A DNA stretch of 64,000 nt, taken from positions 5,933,929 through 5,997,928 of the forward strand of contig OZ037769.1 in assembly GCA_964035545.1 (NCBI GenBank), given 5' to 3'. Under the pieces are notes generated by a model that saw only the letters and a list, made by a program, of their open reading frames with translations, searched no databases and was not told the DNA's origin. Made by a program: the position numbers and the translations under genes. Positions 14,762 through 41,931 of the stretch are shown one piece after another (the stretch's first letter is position 1; each line of letters begins with the position of its first letter). The stretch comes from Bugula neritina (lineage: Eukaryota; Animalia; Bryozoa).

Positions 14762-15458
14762 TTTGGAAGTGTTAGTATCGTGTATATGTTTGTGCAAGCA
14801 ATATACACTCATTGGAAGTTTTCTTTATTAATATAGTTTGGGTTTGAATAAGCGAGACTTGATGTACAGATTTATGTATTCATGTTATTTTACTATTGAA
14901 ATAAAATGATAATATGCCAATATTTTTTTTGGGTTTTGACTTTAATATTTATCTATCTTTAAAAAACCTCAAAATAACAGCTACATAGAATAGTTTTCTT
15001 ATTCTCAAAAGCTTATACCATAATATCTTATTAGTATATCTAGGTTCCAATATTGTGCAAAACAAAATAATTATACAACAAAGCAAAATAGTATCAAAAT
15101 ATAACAACCAAGTGAAACAAATTCAAATTCGAAAAATAACTTACAGGAATATTTTATCCTGGGTTTTGAGTTATGAGCAAAAGAATACAAAACGCTAATA
15201 TAAAAATACCAACGGCAATTAGATCTATTGAATGACTACAGCTACATTAGTCGACAGATGAACGCTATAGTGTAAAAGGTACAATTACAATATATTAAAC
15301 GTAGACAAATACTCCATATGTGAAATAAATTGAAGGTACAAAAATAACTGAATTCTAATGAGTAGCTAAATATTCACCTGCATAAATGTTAAAAAAGTGT
15401 TATAGAAATCAATGTAAATAAACACACCACTTGTGTTGGTTAAAACTCAAACAAGGGT

Positions 15459-18400
15459 TCAACAGTCCAGCTGGAGACTTTCCAGCAACTGGTCAATCAG
15501 GGATAACTGGTCATGAACACTCTGTATTTCACTGTATGTTCGAACTCGACTGGTCATGTGATAGCGGACATTGTCAACGATGTCTATTGAATCTGAATCC
15601 TCTCTAGAAACCACTTCACTCGCATCATGCACCACCAAATTCTTAAACTCTGATCGCAACACCATCTAAAACATTCAAGTATAAGGTAAGTTGTAGGTGA
15701 CATGAGGTACATTGGCCAACAATGCAAGACAAATGTACAGAATACTAAAATTATACTGGTTTTTTAATATCTTCAAAAAATTATGAATTTAAACCAAAAA
15801 TTAAAATTTTAATGCAAGTACCGAAAATATAAGTTGCTAAAATATTGTTATTGAAAGTAAAATCCTAACCACCTCAAGATTTTCCAGTTGTGAAAAACAA
15901 ACCGCAATTTAGCTAGACTTGTTTACCTGCTCAATGTTTGCTGCGATGAACTCTGTACACTGATCCTCTAATTTAGGGAGATTAAACAGTCTACTCATCT
16001 CAAAGATTTGAAAGACATTTTCCTCATCAATTAAGTCAGCAATAAAAGCAGCACAGTACTTTTTCAGACCGGGTAGCAGGTACATATCAGCTTTGTACAG
16101 CACCTCAAACACTGTGTCTTCTGCCAGCTGAATAAGTTATTAGAAATAGAGTGAAAAATACATTAAAATGACAAGACAAGCATAACCGCTAAGAAAAATT
16201 TCTTTTTTTTTACAAAAATTTAAAAAGCAACTCTTATTATTCTAATAAATTTTCAGAACAAGGTGATGCAATTATTTCAGTGAGGTTTAAGGTTGATATT
16301 ACAATAGCTGGCATGAACTTGATAAGGTCACTTATAAAGACTATTAAACTCCTTAAGCAATACAGATTTAAACATATAACCTATTGAATTGCTATTAGCA
16401 CATGATGTAAGTAAACGTAATTACTCACAGTTCATTGAACTTAAAATATAGGTAACTAACTACACAAGTATTGATTTGGAATCCTTTAACAGCACCAATC
16501 ATGAATACACAAGCACATATGTTCCATTGTAACTCTGGGACAACCTACTACAGTGAACTTTATATGAAAAGAAGATTGCAAGTCACATGATTACCTCACA
16601 GCTGTCCGTGTAGATGTAGTATAGTATACATTTGAATGCTTCAATGCTAATATCATGCAAAACTATGCATTCAATCTGATCGTCAACATTTTCGTTAAAA
16701 TGATCCTGGAGTAAAGCTTTGAAATAGTCACTCCGTAAGCAGAAAAACGCTTTGTGACAGTTGAACCTAAAAATACACAATTTTATACGGAACTGAACTT
16801 TAATAACACATAGAAAACAAATACAACTGATGTCAGAAAATATTCTACAGCTTAAAAAATACACTTTAAGGTTTCTAAATTGGTTTTAAATGATGAGAGT
16901 ATGAAATAAGTAAAAAGATATATCATTATCCAAATTACTATTTAGGTAAAAAATCATTTGACACCCTATATTATCTAAAGGCATATAAAAAACTGTACTT
17001 AAGCTATTGAGATTATTTGTAGAATTTTGAATGTACTCAAAGCTAAAATATATATAGTGTAAGGGCATGAGACTCACTTAAAATCCTGCACCATGACACA
17101 CATATCTGGGTACACGGGCTTTATATTGGGACAAAATGGCATCTCCATCAACAGCTACAATACATTGAAAGTGTTGAGAATAGCTATAAACATGCGTTTA
17201 ACATAAACTATATATATTAATTTATAGTTACATATTTGACTAAAATGTGATTCTTATGAAACACGAAATTACCAGGGAGTGATAACTCTAACATTAAAAT
17301 AAATCGATAGCAATTTAATACCAACATGTTTCTGTTGGTTTTATATGATTTAATTGATTAACAGCAATGCTACACTAGACAATATGTCAATCGCCATACC
17401 ACTAAAAATAAAAGTTGAAGAAATATGTGAATCAATAAAATAGAATAGGAATGCTATTTCCTCACCGCATTTGTTTCGGAGGGTAAAGCCTGATCCGCTA
17501 ACTTGGCTAAATCTTGTTTAATACTCTCCCTGTCAACATCGTTGTCTATGGACAGGACGTCAACATGAACACCGGGCTTGCTACTTTCTACAGTCCAGCA
17601 TTAAATACATGTATCATAGTGAAAGAGCAATGCTGAAATTTCAACAGTTGCTTTCGTCTGTTATTCTTATGTAATGTTACAGACTCAGGTTCAAACATAC
17701 TTCACGCAACATCATTTTGTACAAGAAAATTACTGATTCTCTACCAACTCCATCCAAAAGTAACTCATTTAAATTTTGCTGAATTATTGTTATATTTTCA
17801 TTACAGGCCTGGAAATATGGGAAATTAGTAGTAAGCAGATGTGGGGTTGTCTTCTTTTTATCATTGCAAATTGAAAAAACAAAACAACTCACCAAACAAA
17901 TTTTCTTGATTTTAAACTTCACTTAAAGATATTGCAAACAGAACTATAGAGTCCAACCGGATAAAATAAAATAGAAATTAGTTTTTATTACTAAATTGTC
18001 ATTGCACTTCTTACCAAAAGATTTCTTTTCTTTAGCTTTTTTGCCAAGTTGCTGCGTAAGAAGAGGTAATCCACACTGGTTTGCTAAGAGATCTACAGTC
18101 GCTATACTATCATAGGGAACTTGACAGCGACCTTGGTAGATGTAGTCAATGAGAATCTTGAAAGAGTTCGGATCCACCTGCATTAAATATCCCATACAGA
18201 CTAACGTAACTTGTACAGAAAGAATATGAAAACATAACGTATCAGTAAAAGTCTCCAGTTTTACATTCTAGCATTTAATATACAAAGAAAAAAAGTTGTA
18301 GATAGATAACACAGTCTACCTACCGTCAGGTCTTTAACTATGATTGTCTTTTTATTCTCAAGTCTCTTCTCAACTTTATCTAGAAGAGTCGAACATCTGG

Positions 18401-21174
18401 AGGCCAAAATACATCTGTGCACGCAAAATTTCTCACCAAGAACTTTGAAGGTTGCATCGCAGTACAACTTGTCACCCTTTAGTCTGACGGAAAGAAGCAA
18501 TAATCCAACAGCAATCAAAGTTAACCAAAATATGATGCAACATCTTTCAGTAATGTACTTGATTTGTATATGTGCGTTTTTCTCTTTGTAGAAAAAATTT
18601 TACTATTCTCTTTTTATTTTTCGTGATATTATTTCTATTCTCATTACACCACAAGTCAAGGAAAATTTTACAAAGTTGTTAGGCACAAACGTACAGCATG
18701 TATATAGCCATAGACTAAAGACCCATGCAGGTAATGTAGAAACTACTCTAGTGTATAATGAATATTACCATTTACCTGCGCAGGAATTCATCATACAGAT
18801 CTCTCCTCATAGTAGAGGATGTTATCATTTTGTAGTTCTTGAGCAGCTTCTTGATTCTGTCATTCAGTGCAGCATACAAACATCTTTCTCCATCAAATGT
18901 GTTGGCTTCGCATTTAGCGCCTGGGCCAACATAGTAAAAGTTAATAGCTATGTTTAACAAAATGCACTAGCAGTAACATACTCTAAATATAGTTACATAT
19001 AGCTAAAATAACCCTATAAGTTTTATAATATACCAAACATTTATCGAAAAATATTATAAAAAAGTCTATTAACACTAAAATGTTTGTCAACCTTTTGAAC
19101 TTGGATATAAAAGGTAAAAACCTGTATAGCTTGATATCTTGAACTATTGGTTGAGGATACCCACTGTATTTCAATCAGGTGATTACAGTTTATTGACCCT
19201 ATGTGTAGTGCATCTACCAATACTTACCATTTTCTAGCAAGTATTTCACTAATGCTTCGTGTCCACAAAGGCAAGCATAGTATCTACAATAAGAAACGAG
19301 TTGACAATTTACTGCAAAGATTCTGCTGCACACATCATCCATCTGAGACTTACTTAATACTTACTGATTACTTACTTGATACTTACTTAATACTTACTTG
19401 ATACATACTTTATAATTACACAGAATAGTGGAATTACAGAGAATTACAGCCTAACAAACTATAAACCCTATCCAGACTACCAGTGTAGCTCATTGAAAAA
19501 GAGTTATGTTTACAGCATATTCAAAATTTTTAAATGTATCAATAATTTGTGGTATATATCAGGAATTTACAGTTAATGATCTGCTGCAATTACTCGAAAT
19601 TTTAGACGTCAACAGTGACAAAACATCCCCAGCTTAGGATTTAAACTTCTATAATTAAATGACCACAATCAATAGCTAAATCTGAATGTGTTTATAATCA
19701 TTAATACAGCAATACCATAGCAAGTGGCATAACTCCAAGCTATAAGACTGGAGGGTGAATGTTTTTAAATAAACGGAATGTTCAGAAATATGCTACCCTC
19801 TGCCAAAGATAATATTGATATTTGATATATTTTCTACCTGCAAGGCATTATTACTAAATGCTGATGGTTGTGAGCCAATTATTCTACACTTATACAAGTC
19901 AATATAGAAAATAGTCAATCAGTGACTACACTAAAACACAAGTTTATTAGATTCAGCTAAAGTTGAGTCAAATTCATAAATGAAGTTCTCTCTGACCTAA
20001 ATTATGTGTTTATTATGGTGGATTGAATCAGCTAGAAGATCAAAATTAACATCACAAATCCTGTTTCAATACAGTTACTTACAGAGGAGTTGTGTCCCAT
20101 TTATCTCTGATGTTAAGTTCTACATCTCTTGATTCAACCAGATACCTACATATATTCAACAGATCATTGCATAATAAAATTGAATAAAACTATGCAAATT
20201 AATTTAAAAAAAATAATTTCCTATTACTTGATTCTATTTGATTATTTGTTCTACCTGAGCAACAACTTAGACTCAACCTCTACCAGTTACTCATTTAAAT
20301 TCATTTCAATGACTTCAACTCATTTTCAAACATAGATACTTTAGTACATGATAGAGAGTTCTACAGCCAAAGCTTGCAAGTTTATTGAAGTCAATTTGAC
20401 TTTAAACCAATCACTCCAAGATTCATTTAAAATTTTCAATGAGATAAATAAGCCAAATATTAAATTGATTAAAAATTGATTAAAAAACACCTAACTTTTA
20501 CCTAAAACATCTAAATTTTACTGTTTGACCAGCATAATTATAAGAAAAACCGAGTGGTTTAGGTACTACTGAAAATTTACTATTAAAAATCTTACTCATT
20601 TAACAAGTAAATGTAAAAATTACTATGAAAATAACATGATACTTGAGAGTAATACTTAATCTTATGGCTATACCTTGAGAGTTATAGGCTTATACCTGTA
20701 GTTATACTCAATAACTTATAGTTAAACTTTATAGTTCCTATAAGTATGGTTATAACCGAGTATTACTAAAACTATTAGTATTACACTTACAGCTACAGTA
20801 TTACAATTACCATTACTACTAGTATTATTATTAGTAGTATCATTACTTATACTAAAACTAATAATATTACTGTAAAGTAAAAGTGTAAGGGTTATCCTAA
20901 TCCTTTTACTAATAGTAATAGTTATACTGTGATAGTAATACTGCTACTGGTAGTATTACTATTAGTAGTACTAATAGTATTTAAATAATAGTTAATGTTA
21001 TACTTATAAGTATACTTATAGTTATACTCTTATAGTAATGACTAAGTCTAATCATAATGTTTATGTCATAGTTAATGTTAATGTTATAGTTTAACTTTAT
21101 AGTATTAGTTATACCTACTTGATTTTTTCTAAATCACCAGTTCTACAACTTGTGAAAACATCGTGGTAGTCCAT
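15459..21174 (-). CDS. ABTB1: Ankyrin repeat and BTB/POZ domain-containing protein 1, 11 coding exons, ~473 aa
   Basis: Exons (minus): 21119-21174, 20083-20145, 19228-19283, 18776-18920, 18324-18483, 18015-18177, 17466-17587, 17078-17154, 16595-16766, 15927-16127, 15459-15665. Phases are consistent (1422 nt). N-terminus MDYHDVFTSCRTGD...RDKWDTTPLYYACLCGH...GAKCEANTFDGERCLYAAL, two BTB domains (HRCILASR, CHKAFFCLRSDYF) and C-terminal DSIDIVDNVRYH. Confidence 0.93.
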
Positions 21175-22424
21175 TTTAATTTAAATTTAAATCAGTCAGT
21201 ATTTAGTAATGAACTATTAACTAATTGAATATTAAAGCGATACTATCAATAATAGAACAAGTAGTAGTACTATAGTCAATTTGCAAATCTCAGTTGTGCA
21301 GGTTACGTTGTAGCAGAGGCTCACGGTTTAATAATGAGTGTCCATACTTTTGTTATGACATATTATAACATGCTGCGCGCAACAAGTTATAATAACAGCT
21401 CTCAGGCTATAAGCATGCAAATTGTTGTTATAGCCTCGATTTGAGCTATGGCAATAACCAAGTAGACCAATCAAGTGTTAGCGTTTCATGTCAGCTAAAA
21501 CTACTGAACTAAAACTCATAGTTCAATGGCTAAAACCAGGTTTATTCAATATCAATAGAAGGCAACTCCGAAACAATACTAGCGTCAAATTGTTTTAGTG
21601 ACCTTTTGTTAAGAAAATTAATAGTTTTTGCAAAAAAACATATAAACCATACAATGACTTATAAGGTTTACATCTCAAAAGTTATGTTAACTTATGCTAC
21701 AGGTTTCACACTGTATTATATAAGCATTTTATTCTTCATTAGCATATGCAAACTCATATATTTTAGCCAGAAGATTATGCTTTATCCTTTGCTAACAAAG
21801 TTATTTTGTAAGCCTTTGTGTATATCAGCAGAGTTACGGATCTCATAATTTATTATGTTCTTCAACTTAATTCAAATAGAAGGAGCTTTGACATAATGCT
21901 AACTTTGTACTTCGCAGCAATAAGATATATTTTATTGGACTATCAAAAACATTTGGATATGTTTAGATATCAGATATGTCCACAATTACTAGAATATGAT
22001 AAAGGTAGAAAAATAAGAAAATCTTCACATTGCAGAAATATGAGGTTTCACATTAATCTTTTCTCACTAAATGATTTGTAAAATGCAGCCTCAACCTAGC
22101 TATGTACATTTGTAGCTACAAAATTAGTCATAAGAAATAGAATGATTTGTAATGCACATAGTACCAATATAGCACAAAATAAGAGTAAAAATGTATATAA
22201 CTTTGTCTGTTATTTGGAGGTAAAACACTTGTAAAACAACTATAATGCCTTAAATATATATATATGAAATATTATTATGTACAACAATATTATTATGAGC
22301 ACAATGTGTTATAATAATACCAGAATATTATGAAATTTATTATTATATATAATAAAACTGTACAGTAGCTCGTAATAACAATACAAGTATGTCTAGAGCT
22401 GTTATAAGTTTGATCAGCAAAAGT

Positions 22425-38397
<15,973 letters not shown>

Positions 38398-40555
38398 CTA
38401 CAGACATGCAATATATTCTATCATCACACTCGGAAAGGTAGGTCAGTCAGAAATAAAAGCTCAGTGCTTACGAAATAAACATTGAGCATAAACATATGTG
38501 TAAAGCTATAGACTGCACAATTATTTAGTAGAATATGAGGATGACAATGTTAGCAACAGAATATAAACTCACCATTTTAGAAAATTTCCAGAATTGAAAT
38601 CTGTCTTACGGCAGCAACAGGTATTATAGGGTGCTCTAAAAATCCAGTAAATATCGTTAGAAGTAGTTATAAACATATAATTTGTCAAAAGAAGTCAATG
38701 CTTATGTATAACTTTAATCTTTATTACAGAAATAACAGTATTTCACTAAAGTTTTCTTCAAAAGAAGCTGTATAATAATTTTTGTAAAATAAGCACTAGC
38801 ATGTCACCTTTTAACTATCTAAATAACAAGCTTTTAGGTTGTATAACTTTTGAGAAATTAATAATACTAATAATTTACTTTGATATAATAATATAAATTA
38901 ATAGGATTAGGAGTAAAAGTAATATGTAAACTAAATTATATATTTACCAGCAAAAACTGCTTTGTCTAGTAATGATTAGCTTCTGTTTGAATATCTTGCA
39001 ATACTAAATTGATTGTTGAAAAATATTGTCAGAGTATGTTTTCTCTACCCGACCTGACGATCAACTGAAGCTGGTTCTCTCTGGCAGAGTATTTGTACCA
39101 TTTTACCATCTCGTGTTTGTGATTATTTTATTTGCTACGTGCTCCAATACCATGAGGTTTCAGCCACTTGAAAAAATTATTCGTTACTTTAATTAATCAA
39201 ATTCCATTTCAAAGAAATAGGCTAAATGCCTAACTATGGTAGTGCTCATTTTAAGGGATGGGCACATGCCAAACCAGTTTCAATCAAGCGGAGAACTTGA
39301 AGTTAAGCTATATGAATATATTAGTATATATATATATATATATATATGTATTGGATACTGATTTATCCACACGTGCGCTATAACAGAACAATAAACATTG
39401 TTATGCAATACCAATTTGCAACATGTTTACTAATATTTCAGGTTTTTGTTAAGAAATAAATGCTAACAAATTTGCTCAAACTATGATGTCATATATAACC
39501 CAGTTGTTGACTCACAGCTTAAGGATTTTCATTTGCTTTATTTGCTGCATCTGGAAATTTTTGCAGCCTGACTGTGAATTTCGTAAAGTTATAATATTAA
39601 ATAACATCTTTGACATAGCTTATGTTGACTGAAATCTTCAGTCACTCACCATTTTGTATCATTAGAAAACTCAATGAGATCTACTCTTTCTTTCCAGTGA
39701 AATAATGTTCCATGACACAGGAAGACGAAGTGCACAAGAATGGCACAATTTAATTTTAAGGCATGTTATATTTTCATCACATTTTTTCCTAATGTCCTGA
39801 TGATATTTTTTAGTCTGTTCAGTTTTTTTTATATAATTATATAGGTTTTAGTATGCAGAAAACCTTTTATTATAGGTGTTATAGGTATAAATTTCATAAA
39901 CAAAACAAACCGTCACGCGAAAAACAATGCCACAACCTCTTAAGTACCTTTAGTTAATTGATATAAGGTCAGCAAAACTTGGTTCTTAGTCAAAATTGAA
40001 AATTAAAATTAAAAAACTGTTTTTGTCAGATCAAGGTCATGGGAGATTTGATAAAAATTTTAAACCAAATGCAAACTGGAAATCAAAAGTCTTGAATTTT
40101 CAGTAAACAACACTGCTTAAAAGTAAGTATTATATAACATTGCATGTAGCACATCTATGCGTTAATCTCCTCCTAATTGTATGCATCCTACACTTCCTAA
40201 AGTGTATTTTAGAATTGGCACACTGTTGTATGGAAATTGCTAATTTTAATTCTGTTGGCCTCATCTCTATTGAACAGGTTATTAGCATAACGCGACAACG
40301 CCCCATTAATGTTAATTGTGTCAATTGTGTACAATAATTAGCATATAGTGTGTTGGTAGGTGACAACTACAAGCCATCATCTCAGGCTCCCAGACGAGTT
40401 CTCCCCTGGTATTAAATATATTCTATGCATACCTTACTCTCTGTACTCTCATTATTCAAGGGGCCCATGATTCATTGTTTACAAGCTCTCGTGCTAAACG
40501 AGATAAGTTTCTGTCTGCTGCAATAGTTTTGAAACTTTTTACGTAAGAGGCTTGC

Positions 40556-40648
40556 TGTTGAGCAAGGTCTCGCCACAAAAATGGTTTTGGTACGGACTGA
40601 GAAGAAGTTTTAACAAATCTCTCACTTTTATTAATTTTCTTCTAAATC
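40556..40648 (-). repeat. 93-bp inverted copy of the LTR 3' end (R-U5)
   Basis: Exact reverse complement of 41295-41387 and 48568-48660. Confidence 0.95.
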
Positions 40649-40687
40649 AGTTTAGTTAATTTCCCTGAGTGAAATTAAAGGGGGGAG

Positions 40688-41387
40688 TGTAAAGGATCTA
40701 ACAAAGAAGCATGATAGCCCTTGTTACAAATACCACTAGAACTTTTATTTTTAGCCTTTAATGGTGATATTTGTTATTATTAGATAGTTCATTCTCCTGT
40801 GCAGCAGTCAGCTGCCTAATAATAGGTAAAGCCTAACCGCCACCTTTGTTGAAGTCAGCTTTTAGGGTTTGACAGGAACTGATCCATCTTCCTTTATGAG
40901 GTCATTACATGTGCCCCATAGTTAGCTGACCATAATTATAGCTAAATTTAGATGTAATTACCTTTTCTTTGTGATTGCCCTGGTATTTAAGGCAGCATTG
41001 AAACTCCAAAAAGACAGTCACTCATGTAGCCTAAGCTGAGCTACTTATTTTGTTAAGTTAAGTGACAAAGAGCTAAATTTTGAAGATATTATAGCAAGCT
41101 CGTCAAGAGAATAAAGGTATTTTATTATTATTCTTTGCTATTTTTAACTTGATAATGCTTTATGTCTTTTGTTACAATTTTTATTGCTGTTATATTTTAA
41201 TATTATATCGTGATGTTTGCTGGTATTTGAACAACTGTATTGTATGAGTTTTAGCACACCTATATGTATTCTTTATGTTACTTGTAGTTTTTACGATTTA
41301 GAAGAAAATTAATAAAAGTGAGAGATTTGTTAAAACTTCTTCTCAGTCCGTACCAAAACCATTTTTGTGGCGAGACCTTGCTCAACA
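40688..41387 (+). repeat. 5' LTR (700 bp)
   Basis: TGTAAAGG...CTCAACA; identical by eye to 47961-48660. Confidence 0.95.
40984..41020 (+). promoter_or_regulatory. Putative LTR core promoter (TATA-like plus Inr-like)
   Basis: TATTTAA at 40984-40990 and CAGTC at 41015-41019 (A at +32 from the TATA T). LTR poly(A) signal AATAAA at 41311-41316. Confidence 0.5.
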
Positions 41388-41931
41388 GTAAAAACTTTAT
41401 CTCAAGTGGTGAAGCAGTAAAGCGCTGCTTCCAAGTGGTGGTGAGAGAATAAAGATTCCTTTCCAAGTGGTTGTGAGAGTCGGCAGTGAAGTCCTCGTCT
41501 CCAACTAGAGATAGCAGTCCGTCAAGTTCCATTTCGCAGCATTTTCCCTACTACCTACCCACTCCTTTCCAAGAAGTCGTACCTTCAGCCAAGAGGACAA
41601 TTTCAGCATTAACATTAACATTTCATTTGGAATTAATTGAAACCTCCATTCATTCCGGAAGTAGAAGAAGGGGTGAGCAATTATATTCTTAAATACCAGG
41701 CAATCTAGGGCTTATAGTAACTTAGTATAGGAGTATTATTTGGTCCCTTTGTTGTATTGCATGTGATGACCTTGCATTGAGGGTGAGGTCGGTTCCTTGT
41801 TAATTGTTGAAATTAATTAGTTGGCATTTTCTGGTGGTGTTAGGTTGATGAATTCATAGGTTAGGAAAATTGCTTAGTAATTACTTGACAAATTAGTTGT
41901 AACGTTTTAAGTGGTGTTTGAAACAAAAATC

